This document shows, one piece after another, positions 48,342 through 61,854 of a stretch of DNA of 64,000 bases. Position 1 is the stretch's first letter; every line of letters starts with the position of its first letter. Source of the stretch: Podarcis pityusensis (Eukaryota). Position numbers and translations under genes: made by a program. The notes beneath the pieces are model-generated. The model was not told the origin of the DNA, made no database searches, and saw only the letters and a program-made list of their open reading frames with translations. The stretch is from NCBI GenBank assembly GCA_964106645.2, contig OZ067044.1; one strand, 5' to 3'.

Positions 48342-50245
48342 GGATTTTTTTGCTTCTCCAACCCCCCCTGCCCAACCAGCCAGCCTGGCTCTCTCTGCAT
48401 TTTCCTTTCAGTCTCTCCCTCCTTCCCTCATCAGCCCCAAGGCTACAGCAGCAGAAGCCCAGAGATCTTCTACCCCACATAGTAGGACTGGAAACCCATG
48501 GCCCTCCCCGCCCCCAATCTCCTCCCTCCTTTTCTCCCTCTTGCACTCCCCAGTTCATTCTCAGTTGCTGCCCAGTCTGGAGCCTAGGAAGATGAACAAG
48601 GCGATGGAGCCAGCCTAGGATTTTTTATTTTTTATTTCTGGTCGACTCAGTTTGTGTGGACTTTCCATTTTTTTTAAAAAAAAAGCAAAAACAAACAAAA
48701 ACGATGAAAAATTAAAAAAAAACAAATAGAACTTTTTTCTAAAAAAAAAGAAAAGACAAAGTGTGAGTGAGAGAGAGAACTAAAACAAACAATTAATAAA
48801 CAATTAAGTAAATGTGGAGAAAACAAATGAGTTTCATCGGACTGAATCACCATCTTCCCTTACATAAACTTCCGTTTAAGATTGTAGCCATATTTAAAAG
48901 AGAGAGAGCGAGAGAGAGACAAAAAGGATGATGATGACATTTTATCAGTATTGTGAATAAACTTGAACACAAACCACATGCAGTTCCATGTCATGTCTTC
49001 AGTTGTAGAACTTTTCTCCTGCCCAAGGTAAAGCGACCAATTTGAACTTTCTTATGGTAACACCAACCCACAGTTGTTCTATAAGGGGATCAGTGTTCAT
49101 GTATGTATATATTTATTTATGTGTAATTTAATGGGAATTGTAAATATGGTGAGTCTGTTTGAAACTTTTTTTTTTTTATTTATCTGGTGATCTCGTTTGC
49201 CTCTTGTTTAGTGGGTTTTTAAATCTTTCCCCCTCCTTAGTTCCATCACTGTGGTTCATGGTTACTTATTTAGAAATCAAAAAAAAGGGAGGGGGAAGCT
49301 TTTTTGGAGGGAGGGGGTGGAATTTTTCTGGGATTCATCACTTCAGCCCTGTTGTAGCATGTTTTTTAAAAGGAAACAATAAAGCAGCTAAACAAATAAA
49401 ATAATCTGGATTTAAAAAATATATATTATTAGTATGACCTTTAGTTTCTAATGGATAAAAGCGGGAAAGGACCCCTAACCACCACCTGAAATGATGTTCA
49501 GTCTTCTTCAGGACAGATTTTTTTCAAGTATTAGTAGTTTCTAACAATCCCTTATGTGTTGTGGCTTAAAAAGAAGGAAAACAAATAAACAAAAAGTTTA
49601 TATCCCGTGTTCTTCTACTGAAAGCATCATCAGAGCAATAAATTGATATTGTCTATTCAGATAAAGGATTTAGGGATCTTCTCCCCCCCCCCTTCATTTT
49701 GAGTTGTTTTTTTGATTCAAAGAACTTCCATACATTTGGGACCACCTGGTATCCTCTATTTCCACCAGCCATATTGGAAGCNNNNNNNNNNNNNNNNNNN
49801 NNNNNNNNNNNNNNNNNNNNNNNNNNNNNNNNNNNNNNNNNNNNNNNNNNNNNNNNNNNNNNNNNNNNNNNNNNNNNNNNNNNNNNNNNNNNNNNNNNNN
49901 NNNNNNNNNNNNNNNNNNNNNNNNNNNNNNNNNNNNNNNNNNNNNNNNNNNNNNNNNNNNNNNNNNNNNNNNNNNNNNNNNNNNNNNNNNNNNNNNNNNN
50001 NNNNNNNNNNNNNNNNNNNNNNNNNNNNNNNNNNNNNNNNNNNNNNNNNNNNNNNNNNNNNNNNNNNNNNNNNNNNNNNNNNNNNNNNNNNNNNNNNNNN
50101 NNNNNNNNNNNNNGACAAATTACACAATAAAACACAATGTACTCTTTTGGATAAAAAAAATGTACTGTTAAAGAAATGGCATACTTTTCTTTAACTGAAA
50201 GGTACTTTTATTTTTTAAAAAATAAAGTTTTATTTTATTTATTTG
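48342..50245 (+). other. TFAP2A: TFAP2A 3' UTR (interrupted by an N gap)
   Basis: AT-rich sequence after the stop. AATAAA at 48956-48961, 50126-50131 and 50221-50226, the last followed by a U-rich tract. The 3' end is approximate. Confidence 0.75.
49782..50113. other. Assembly gap (3' UTR)
   Basis: Run of N. Confidence 1.
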
Positions 50246-50265
50246 ATCTTTAGGTTTTTATTCCT
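50221..50265 (+). terminator. Probable distal polyadenylation signal with U-rich downstream element
   Basis: AATAAA followed by GTTTTATTTTATTTATTTGATCTTTAGGTTTTT. TGTA elements lie upstream (50138, 50161). Confidence 0.6.
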
Positions 50266-51408
50266 GCTTCATAATTAAGGATCAGTATTACTTATCATAA
50301 ATGTCCAACATAATCTTAATTTGCATTGCCTTTTAATCTCTATTAGCCAGTTGGGGAGGAAGGGGAAAGCATATACCTGGTTAAGGATAATTGCAAGTGT
50401 ACACATGCAAATGCTTGCACACAACTTTTAAATAATTGATTTAATGTGTGACTATAGTATATAATGGTATAAAGGTATACTGAAGCAATACTTATTGTTC
50501 ATATTTGATAATAATTGTGTTTCAGTTTATATATATCTATCTATCTGATGTACATATTTATTCATAGATTTCGGCATTTTTTTTATTGTTTTGGATGAGG
50601 GAGGATGTGAAAAGTGTGGCATCCCAGCAATAAATGTTCCAAATTATTATCAGTGCAAATTAAATATTGGATATAGAATATTCTCATATTGTGCAGATCC
50701 CGGCTCCAGTCAGAATAGGTATTCAGTGGAAACAGATACTTGCTTGTTTTTAACCAACTTAAATGGTCTCAGAATGTAGAATTGTGGAAAAAACGCAGTT
50801 AGCCTCATTGTTTCAGCTTCATTGTGGTGTTTTGTGGTGCAGGGTTGCCAATGCAAAGGTGGCTTTGATAGAAGTGGAGGTGGAGGGCCCCTCCAGGGCT
50901 GTCCTTAAGATGTTCTCCATGTGGTAACTCTGAAAAAAAACAAAACAGCAAAACAATTTGCTTACAGTGCTTATTTGGAATGCTAAACCTGAAGCGTCTG
51001 AGTGAGCAAAACATTGTGAAACTTAACTCCCAGTGCAATCTGGTTGGCTCCATCTTGTATTTTGTTAAGCGTTGCAAAATAGGTGAATGTGTGATGGTAT
51101 TTATGAGGCAACTTTGCACTGTGTGTTTTTGGAGGCTTTATATTTCTCAGGCAGAATTGAGAGAGGTTAGCAAGCTTGATACATGTCTCAATGTATCTTC
51201 AAAGAGAATTGGGCCTGCTGCTTCTGTGATTTTCCTGTTGGTAGGTGGGTGAGGCCAAATGCATAAGATAAAGCACAAGATGTTCCATTCTCCCAGTTTG
51301 GTAATCTCATTAGGGAAGGCAGTAGAAAACCAGTGTGGTCAAGCAGAGGAAGGAGAGCTGGTGAAATTGAAATGCTATTTTTACAGCGACAGACTGTTGG
51401 TGAAATGG

Positions 51409-51460
<52 letters not shown>
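51409..51460 (+). repeat. (GT)n(GA)n compound microsatellite
   Basis: Direct reading. Confidence 0.9.
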
Positions 51461-51463
<3 letters not shown>

Positions 51464-54185
51464 TCTGCATGTAAAGATGGCATCATTTTGAAAATGCTTA
51501 TTCATTTTTCCTCCCCAAGATACATTGGTTAACTGTAAAGTGGATGTAACAAAATAATGAGGTGAATGAACCCTAACTGTACGCGCAGCCTTGACATAAA
51601 TGAAATGCACAGCGTTGTAGCAGGTGAATTGAAGCATTGTCTATCTGGGCTGTTTTTGTTGGCTGCATCACAGATTGTGTGGGGGATCCTAACCTCAGGC
51701 ACAATGGCATTCATAAACAGCAATGCACACACTGCTGCTCTTTCTCCAGCTATGCATAAATACTCATTTTTAAATGAGTAAAAACAATCTTATTAAATAC
51801 CATTCATTCATATCTGGTTTTACAGATGCTTGTTACTTTTCTTTTTTTTAAAAGTCTGCCTAATCGTTTTAGGCTGTAGCTGGGCAATGTATAAAAACAG
51901 ACTTAATCTTGAAACACAAGGAGGTCCTAATAATTTTAAGGATGTGGCTATAAAATACAATTTAATAAATTAAATGCAACGAATAATATTGCATATTTGA
52001 TACACTGCAAACAACTATTTTAAGATGTTTTCATGATTGTGGCCTTGTAACATTATACAAAGTCAGTGTAAGGAATGACTAACATTTATACATAGCCCAG
52101 ATATAATATTAAAAGGTGTATTATATATAATTAACCGATTGATTTTAGACTTCTATATTTTTAAGACTACAATCTAGGCCTAGTGAAATCAATTAGAGAT
52201 TTGCCATTGCATTCTATGCCCCCCCCACAACCCAATGTTAAGTACCTTTACTTCAAAGTAAAGTCAATTGAAATCAGTGGGTCTACTTTGAAGTAAGTGA
52301 ACATTATAACTGCTAATTGATGGTTTTCTTGAGATTTACTATTGATATATGCTGACTTCCATTGCACTCAAAATAAGCTGAATAAGCTTGAAATGTATTT
52401 TCAGTGCAGTGTCGCTGTTTAGATCCTTACTTGAACATAATCTCATTCATTTGCATTTTCAGTGGAAGTAACCTACTTAGAACTATGGTGTTGATTATTA
52501 GTAAGGTACCCTCACTATTTCACTTTGGAGAAATTGAATGAAATTACTGAATAATTTCTATCCTACTATTATTTCATTTTGTTTACGATTTTTAAAAAAC
52601 AACAACAAAGGGAACTGGTAACTTTTGCGTGCAAAATTAATGGAAATGCTGCTCATTGAAGTTTGGGGCTCATCTGCTGTGACCAAAGTGCAGTTACCAA
52701 ATCGTGCTAATTACTTTCACATTCTTTTTTTTTGGGGGGGGCGGTATTTTACACATTGTAATCAATCATTGTTTCAGCCTTTCAAATTCTAGGCCATGCT
52801 TTTAGCTGCTAACCCTAAAATGTTTTTTTTCTTTGCTCTTTAGATTAACTGAAATTAGGATGAATGGTTAAATGTTAATGAGTTATAGCTCAGTTCCTTC
52901 ATGCTATGCTAATTTATGCATTTTTAAAAATGTAGCACAATGCTTCTTCGAGTTGAATGGTTACCACCCTCCTCTGTAATAAATCATCATCTATCCCTCC
53001 TCCCTTCCAACCTCCAAAATCGAATATTAATATAATTTGAGATTTAACTGGTGGAACAGCCATCAGGACAGCAATGCCCCGCAGCTGAAATAATATTTAA
53101 AATAGAAAAGATTTGACATTTGATAAGTCAGTGGCTTGAAATACCCAGTTGTACTTAGCTAATTCAGTCCTTAACCTCTGGTTTCAAATAAATCAATTAC
53201 AGTCGATTCCACTTCAGTTCAGAAGTGCAGGAGGTTTTGAGTTAATTGAATACATTTTATTCACTTGCTAGGAATATTCATTTATCCAAATCCTTAAATA
53301 TAAAGGAGATTTCTTTGATTGCCCATGTTAAATCTAAGTGCATAATCAGATCAAGCCTTTGCTTGTTTGCTTGGAATCGCTGTAAATTCCATAATGGGTA
53401 TATTTCGTTTTCTCTCTAACACACACACATACATACACAGGCAAGCTACGATTTCGCTGAGTTCGACTTAAAACAACTATGATGCTAGATCACAGAATGT
53501 GGATTAATTTTCATTGAAACCGGCTGAACCTACTCTTAAGTAAATGTGCTTCGGGCTGAAGTTCCAAAACATGTATAGGATGAAGTAGAAAATGTGCTTG
53601 ATTCTTCAGTATGTCATTCGTTAGCTGGGTTGCCACTTAACTCGCTGTCAAAACCAAGATGAGGATAATGTATATCTCACGAATATACTCTGCCAAAATA
53701 AAGAAGTGCCATCGCAAAATCCATAGCCCCTCTCAACTTTGGAGTATTAACGCCCGAAGGCTTTTTGCCATTAACGAAGGTCTGATGAACTCGGTGAGAC
53801 TTCTGGGCGCGCAGGTACAGGATTGGACTGTAAGGATACAATCCTATCTGAAGACGGTGGGATTTTCTTCCAGATCAGCATACATAGGATTGGGCTGCAC
53901 GGTCGCAATTCAGCTCTTCCTTGAAGCCAAAGAAACTGAATGAATGAATGAATCCCATTGATTTTAACGGAGGAAAACGCAGCCTAAATAAACAGCTGAA
54001 TATGCATGTTTCGAGGGAGTTTTTAGAAGAAAACCAGGAACCCTGTTTTAGCAGCTCGGCTAATGGAGTTAAAGAGGCGGGAAACGATTGTTGCCTTGAA
54101 AGACCTCCCTTTCGTCACTTCATTCGTTAGTGCTGAGCGTTGCATCTCTCTCCACGTACAATTTAGACAACTGCCAGCTTCACTA

Positions 54186-54330
54186 CTAGAATCATGGAAT
54201 CATATAGCTGGAAGGGAACTACGAGGGCCATCTAGTCCAACCCCCTCTGCAATGCAGGAATTTTTTTGCCCAACTTGGGCCTCGAACCCACTGCCCTGAG
54301 ATTAAGAGTCTCATGCTCTATTGAGCTACA
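54186..54330 (-). mobile_element. tRNA-derived SINE with CR1-like tail
   Basis: AGAATCATGGAATCAT tail, GGAAGGGAAC...CATCTAGTCCAACCCC...GCAATGCAGGAAT, then GGGCCTCGAACCCAC...ATTAAGAGTCTCATGCTCTA tRNA-like head. Confidence 0.7.
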
Positions 54331-57300
54331 AGCGGAGGCATTTGCGCAGCACTGCTTGATCGCTCATCCATTATGTGACTGGTATTTACAACAAGCCTGC
54401 GAGGTAGGTCCGTTATTTTTGTATCGCCATATTACAGCCAAAGGAGTCAAGGCTGCGAGATAACCATTTGTCCAAGGCTTATCTAGTGAATAAGTCGAGA
54501 TTTGGACCACAGGCTTCTGCCGCAGCTCTCCATTAGCCTCCTCATAAGAAACGCAGTTTGCAGCAGCAACAACATCTGGCTAGATCGCCCATACAGACAA
54601 AGCAGCCCACGCGTCGGGCTTACGAATCCATCACACTATCAACTCGTTTGCACGCTTTTCTACTGGCCGGGGCCCCGGCTGATCTCTTCCTCTGTATGGA
54701 TCTCATCACCTCCATCTCTTCGCGCCGTCATCCGCCCAGCCAGCCCTGCTCTTTCGGGATGGAAGGGGCCTCCGCGACGAAGCGTCATTATCCATCACTC
54801 CCGCTTGCCTAACGTGTCCAAAGAATAATCAGGTTAGACAAGTGCTGGAAAACCAACATCTGCTCCCCTTCCCACCCCCAGTTAAAGCCCCTTCCCCTTT
54901 ATCTGCCCATTATAGGGGGAGAAGCCGGCGAGTCTTGGGCGCAGGGGTCAGGGCCATAAAGCAGAAACAGATCGTTAGATCACGACTTTGGGGGGGGGGG
55001 GAGCGCCGGGCATGACAAAGGACTTTCCATCATCATCGCCGCTGCTGCTGGAGTTGCGACTGGAAGCGAAGAGGTTCGGGATTATTAATCGCCCCCCCTT
55101 CTCTCTCTCTCTCGCTCCCCCCCCAAAAAACCAGCACCCTTCCACCATTCAGAGGTGAGATGTTTCTCGCTGCAGAATAGTCTCCATCCCATTCCCTCGC
55201 ACCTGATTTCTTACTACAAGCTAGAGGAGGAGGAGGAGTAGAAGGACCGAGAGGAGGACTTCTTGATCGTTTCCGTGAGTCACGCTCGGTGGCTCCCGTT
55301 TAAAGAATGGAAAACAGCCCCCCTTGAAAGAGAAGACTGGACCGTGTGCTTGTGTGTGTGTGTGTTTCCCACTGGCACGCCTAAAATTCTAGGAGAAGCG
55401 AACGGCTATTCTGACTCAACCTCGCTTCACCCGAATTAGCTGCTCTTTTGAACGTTCAGAAATGCTCCGGAAATCCCTCCGAGGAACAAACATTCCCCCC
55501 CGCTCCATCTCATTTCCCCAGAACGATGGGATCCAGATCCCAGTCCTCATTCGTGCTTTTGAACACTGAACCACCAGGCACGTCAGTTATTTCGAATAAA
55601 CGAATCCGGAGTCAGATAGCTTACGTGGGGGGGGGGGGGCGACAAGAATCCTGGAATCGGTTTGCACAGGATTTGCCCAGCCGTTTTTGGAGAAAGGTGC
55701 ACGAAGCTGTGTATAAACAACGTGATTTGTTTCGCGAAGCCAGCGAAACCAGCAAGTTCGAAACAGTGTTTCTTCTCCGTACGCAGTAAATTAAATAATG
55801 TTGCTTATTTCATTCCCGCCGCACCCCTCGTACCCCCGGGAGCCTCCAGTCCTAACTATGGGTGCAATTACACACCCCACGGTCGACTTAAACCGGAGCT
55901 GGACTCGCTTTGAGCCTCTTCTGTTATTCCCAGGGCTGCAACCCACTGAGCTCAGTGCGACTTCCTTCAGAGTAAAAATGCGCCAGGATCAGTGGTGCAT
56001 GTCGTTTTCGGTTCGAAATTTCGATTTCACAAGTCTATGGATCCAGCCAAACACCCCTCCCTCCCTTAATATGCTGGGGCTAACAATCTTGCCCGCACCC
56101 CTCTCGAAATAGGTCCCCTGTGATGCAGAATGGTTGGGTTGGGGGTGGGGTCAATGCCATAAACTCTCTGCGCACAACAAGATTAGATCGCAGCATCTCT
56201 GGCAGGTTAGTCTATTTTTAGTGGTCGGCGTGCCTCGTGGCCCAGATTGCTTTCGCTCCATAGATTATGTCAAAGCACTCTGCCCTCCATCCTAGGGTAC
56301 CGCTGCTCAGCGGCACAGCTCACCTTCTTGATGCAGGAATTCCCAGAGCCTGTCCTTAACATCTTCAATTCAAAGGACAGGGTGGTGCCGTTGAGCCTCG
56401 CCTGAGACGCTGGAGAATTGCAGCCAGTTCAAGTAGGCTATGCATAACAGCCTGACTTGCGACAAGGTAGGCGAATGTCGTGAAGGATTTGGGTCGCCGG
56501 ATTCAGTCTTTAGTGAAATCTACTGTCGGACAGAGAGGGTGCAGCAGGTGCAGCATGGACCAGCTCATGCCCGAAGGTCAAATAAAGACCCAACACCATT
56601 CGCACCTAAGGAAACAGGACTTTTTACATGGTCCAAGCCTATTTCATTCTCTTTGTGCTGCATCTAAAAGAAGAAAACCATCAGCACGCTTAATTTTGAA
56701 CAGGAAATGGCCTTTATAGAACCTTTTCTTTAATGTCTCGGAGAAAAACAAGGTCTGGAAAATAGCCGGGCTGTAGATACTTTTAGAAACGTGTTTGATT
56801 TATTTAATCATAAGCCCTAGAAGAAGGAAGAACTTCAGAGATCCCCTACTTAGAACTACAGAATCTCTGAAAATTTTCTTAGACTGCACTCTGCATTACC
56901 TCAAACCTTACATTACATTAAGATTATTTTTAAAAGTTTTTTTTAAAATAGATTTTTCATTGTATACAAAGAGTGAAATAAACTTAATATGTATGTTTAA
57001 AAAATTATATTTTGGGGGGAAAACCCCACCCGCCAAACTTAAATCATCGTGATACTTACATTTGTAAACTATTGTTCTAATAAGGATGCACAGGAACTTT
57101 GGATATCTTACTTTTATTCCAAGCAATCAAGTACAGGAGAAAGATTTCTCAAAGATGAACTCAATGAGTTCAATGAGACCGAATCCCTAGTTACATCTTT
57201 AACGTGAGCAGCAATCCAGCCAAAACGAAGTCCTAGAAAACCTTATTGATTTTAATGGAAGTGTTAAATTTCTGCCATTGAAATCAGTGGGACTGGAAGG

Positions 57301-58337
57301 GACTGCCACCCTATTATACACATTTACCTGAGGGATTCTGGGTAGACATGCATAGGATTGCACTGAAAGTGGTTAACTTCAGCTGGATCCTACCCTTTCT
57401 TTGTTGTTGACCTCTTTTTATTATCGCAGCAGACACTCATTAATTCTGGAAGGTTGCGCCTTAACAAATCTTCCTGGGTCAGGTTACCTCGACCACACTT
57501 TAACCACTCTGTATTCATCGCAGCTGTTTGAAATAGCACAACCCAGCCTAAATTAAGCACCTTAAAAAAATGTGAAGAAAGCCAATGCAATATAGGTGCT
57601 TTCTTGTGCCTCTGGACTTTGATTCTACATATTTCAGCTTTTCCTTCCGGGCTGTAACGCAGCTGGAAGAGGAATGGAGGAGAACGCACTACGTCTATAA
57701 CCATAACTGGGCATCATATTCGTCAATTTTAACCCTGTCTTCCATATACAACCCTAAAGAGGATTAGAGCACTGTTGCAAAACACTACCAGCTGGCAATT
57801 ATTTCGGGGATAATCTCACGGAGGTCTTGTAGAAGACATGGGAGTATTCTCTGGGATTAGTTTCCACAGGTGATTCCAAGCAGACGATCGAGGGTTTCCT
57901 ACTGTAACTTCGATGGCAATTTATCCGGATCCCGCCCTCGCTCTCTGGGTACTCTTGGAATGTTATCCAGAGCAAGGAGATTTCCTGCAGTGTTTTTGGT
58001 CTAGTAGTATACAGGTTGTCGGGCTATTTATTATTTCGCTCTGCCCAGGGAAAACAGACTTGATTTGGGACTTGAATGAAAATAACATACAATTAGGGAA
58101 AATTGATCTGCACTAGGTTCAGAAAAGTGTTATCTGTACCCAGGACGCATGCATTTGTTCATTTCCTAGTTTGTAGACACTTGGCTCCTCAAGGAGGAGA
58201 AAGAGGAGAGATAATTTCAACAAGCACTTCCTGCCCAGGCATTCAGAAGTTTTTGACACCCCCCGCAATTAATTGTTCACACTCATGGATAATTTATCAA
58301 GTATATACATCGCCCAACAGGACTGGGCAGTTTTTAG

Positions 58338-58520
58338 GAGAGGCAGCGTGGAGCAGTGGTTAGAGTGTTCAAAACTGCACTCGGCCATGAAGCTCACTCA
58401 CTGGGTGACCTTGGTCCAGGTCATAGTCTCTCCGCCTAACCTACCCCCCAGGGTTAAAACGAGGAGTTTGAGAGCAATGCACGCAGACTTGAACTCCTGG
58501 AAGATAAATAAAATAAAAAG
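58338..58520 (+). mobile_element. MIR/Ther1-derived (Squam3-like) SINE; relatives at about 40270-40480, 54340-54515, 61965-62140
   Basis: GGCAGCGTGGAGCAGTGGTTAGAGTGTT head, CCATGAAGCTCAC...TGGGTGACCTTGG...CCTAACCTACC..CAGGGTT core, A-rich tail. Confidence 0.7.
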
Positions 58521-61496
58521 TATTAGTAGTAATTATTAAATATTATTACTTATTATCGTTATCACCACCAGTATAAGTAGCATTGTCACTGTTGTTGTTA
58601 TGGCTGGGTTTTTTTGTTAGTCCTATTACTTTCAGTGGAATTCGTTTCTTGGGCATCCTCCTTGATTTTTTTATGTTCAACATCCTAATGGAATATGGAA
58701 TTATTGCTTTATTTGAGACAATCGGTTTATTTTAAAGTTATGTTTTTATTATGACTTTTTTGTATTGGATCAGATTGTTATTCGGGGTCTGATATTTGGT
58801 GTCTATTTAGTTGTTTCTTCAGCTTGTAAACCGCCTTGTGTTTAGTAATATCGAAAGGCGGTATACAAATTAAAAGTGAAATGAAACTGGAGCTTTGACC
58901 GCAGCTGAACCTGGAAAACACTAGCCTGTATTGAGTTAAACGAACGTCGGTTTTGACCCCTGAATCTAACCGTATCTTTTTTGAAGGTGTCTTCTCTGAT
59001 CTCGACTTCCCACACAGTACAAGATATTTTCTTAGCAGATCCCTCGTGGGAGATACTTGAATAGCCGACACCCTAAAGGAGACAAGGAGTGGCCGGTTTA
59101 CGCGAGGACTCGCATCATTCGCTGACTGGGCCGCGAACGCAGCGAGAACTTTCAACTTTCCTATGTGCTTCGACAGGGCCTCCTGCAAAGGTGCAGAAAT
59201 CCGGAGGGGAGCCTTCGAGGGCGAATCAGCCTGCTGCCTTAAAAATTAACGCAGGCAGGAAGAGGACGGTGGGAGAGAGGAGATGCTCCAAATAACCCGT
59301 TTCTTCCACCTGGTGGATCTGCAAAATGAACAGCCCGAAGGTGACCCAAGAGAGAAGAGCCCTTTGGAGAGTCTTGGTGACTGACGCCCTTCCAGAATGT
59401 GGCTTCTTTTGCACAATACTGCCAAAGGATTTTTGAAAGCTCACTTGCGCACAGAAACCAAATCTCAGGGAAACATCCCCAAAGAATAAGTCAAACGAAC
59501 CAACTCACTGAAAGACAGGAGGGGAGTGGCACGTGCGTGCGTTTTGCCCTAGCGACATACAACCTGCAAAAGAGACGCTTGCAAATCCAGTGTGCGCTTT
59601 ATCTGAGTGAGGAAATGCGGTCAAGCACAACACAAGCTAGAACTGATCTGCTTCTGAATATGGGCAAGATTTTTGGTTGTTGATGCTGCTGGAGAACCAG
59701 ATCTGGGCAGGAAGGAGCCCAGCAAAGACTTGTCCCCGATCCTTCCATTTAGGGCCGGCTTCTGGGGAATGAGATTTGGAGACCGGCTGCTTATTTGTTC
59801 CCATTGTCATTTTCAGGGCGATGTTCACCTCTGGCCCCTCTTTCCCTTTCCCTTCGGCGGGGGCTGCGAGCGCGCTTGCCTGGTCCAGGTTCAGCCTTTT
59901 CTCTCCCTCTCCTTCTCTCTCTCTCCTTTCCCGGCGCTCATTCTCTAAAGCCAGCCAGGGGGAGAGTCGCCCCAGGCCAAACATATGCTTCTTTCCATAG
60001 CACTAATCCACCTTTAGCGTGGAGGAATAATTGCTCGAGTGGCCATGGATTCTGGGCGCTTTTGTCCCTCGCTGGCTCCCATCCGCTTGGCACACGCCAT
60101 TTCAATCAAATTCTTTCTCTAATACTGTCTGCTTTTATCAAATCCCAGCCTCGGCAAATGAGGAGAGAACACTGGAGAGGAATTGGGGGTGGGGGGGGGG
60201 AGAGAGAGATACAGAGAAGAAAAGAGAAGGAAAAACCACACAGCCACACAGAGGCGAAATCCAGGGGCATCCTGCTAACATGTCATGGGGACCACAGCAG
60301 GGTGAAGAAGGCGATTTATGGCAGCTTCAGCCTCAAACAAAATGGATCTCTCTCTCAATAAAATCCACCAAAAAACCGAGCCCTTCTCAGGAGCACAAGG
60401 TTATCAGCCCTTCCGAAGAGGGACACAAACACACAGCATCTTTTATTCCACTCACTGCAAGATCTATAACCCAATTACACAGAAGTCCTCTCATTTGGTC
60501 CCATTGATCATCAATGCCACTTGGGAGTGGGGGGGGGGAGGTAATCTCTCCCACCTTCCATGATTCAGAACATATGTGATTATGCCTTTCTTCTGTAGGA
60601 GCAGCTATATCTCTGGCTGGTTGCTTTTTTTTAAAGAGATATGAAATGTAACTCCAGCAAAATGCTCTTAAAATGCACAGGACTTGAGATAGGCCAGATT
60701 GGGTAGGATGCAGCTGAAGGTATCTAAGACGGGGGTCTTCCTGCGAATCTTGCATCTCCCACCCCAGCTGGAAAATCTCTCTCTCTGTGAAAATCCTAAA
60801 GTGCCACCCCTGTTCACAAAGCACCCATTGTTATGAAACAGTTAAATGGCCCTGCGTTCTACTTAAGTATGTGAATGGGATACGACATTTTCTGTAAGAA
60901 AAAAAATAGGGCGAATCGCTTGATTTGTGCTTACAGCATTGCTATGGGGTATTATGTGATATAAAAAGGAAGGTTTCAAGAAAGGCTCTTAAAGCACTGT
61001 GAAGTGGACACTACATCCAAGAGTGAACTCTTAACTCTCTTGCTCAGAACTGTGCATCTCTCTGCTGAAATCTCTTGTGCCCTGTGCCTACTGAAATCTG
61101 AAATGACTCCCTGCCGCCAGTGACAGAGAAGTGGGAAGAAATTGCCTTGGGTATCTGCTTAGAATGATGACATAGTAACTGAGAAGGAAGCCTGCTTAGA
61201 ATGACGACACAATCCATTGCATGTAGAGTGTTTGGGTTCAAAATTATTCCATCAAGGTAACTAACACTGCATTCCCTTATACGTCTACTCCCACTGAGCT
61301 CAGTGGGACCTGCTCCTAAGTAAGTGGGTACAGGGCTGCAGCTTTAAATAGTTTTCTGTCTAACATCCAAATACTTTCAATATACTAGCACAAGTACATA
61401 CTGCTAGCAAGGACACATACTTCTTTAACTGGTTGCTTTCAATGTTCCATTTTCTGCTTCATAGAAAATCAGGTTCTGGGTGGTAGGAAAAAAAAA

Positions 61497-61854
61497 AGCT
61501 AAAGGGACCCCTGACCATTAGGTCCAGTCGTGACCGACTCTTGGGTTGCGCGCTCATCTTGCTCTATAGGCCGAGGGAGCCGGCGTTTGTCCGCAGACAG
61601 CTTCCGGGTCATGTGGCCAGCATGACTAAGCCGCTTCTGGTGAACCAGAGCAGCACACAGAAACACCGTTTACCTTCCCGCCGGAGCGGTACCTATTTAT
61701 CTACTTGCACTTTGACGTGCTTTCGAACTGCTAGGTGGGCAGGAGCAGGGACCGAACAACGGGAGCTCACCCCGTCGCGGGGATTCGAACCGCCGACCTT
61801 CTGATTGGCAAGTCCTAGGCTCTGTGGTTTAACCCACAGCGCCACCCGCATCCC
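61497..61854 (-). mobile_element. Near full-length, young Sauria SINE
   Basis: Reverse complement reads GGGATGCGGGTGGCGCTGTGGGTTAAACC (A box) ... GGTTCGAATCCC (B box) ... GGTCCCTTTA tail. CpGs retained in an otherwise CpG-poor neighbourhood. Confidence 0.92.

Noticed and set aside
60120-60131. TAATACTGTCTG, matching the first 12 nt of miR-429
   Set aside because: The match stops at 12 nt, I see no pre-miRNA hairpin, and there is no miR-200 cluster context.
61770-61854. tRNA gene (A and B boxes)
   Set aside because: It is the tRNA-derived head of a Sauria SINE, contiguous with the SINE body.
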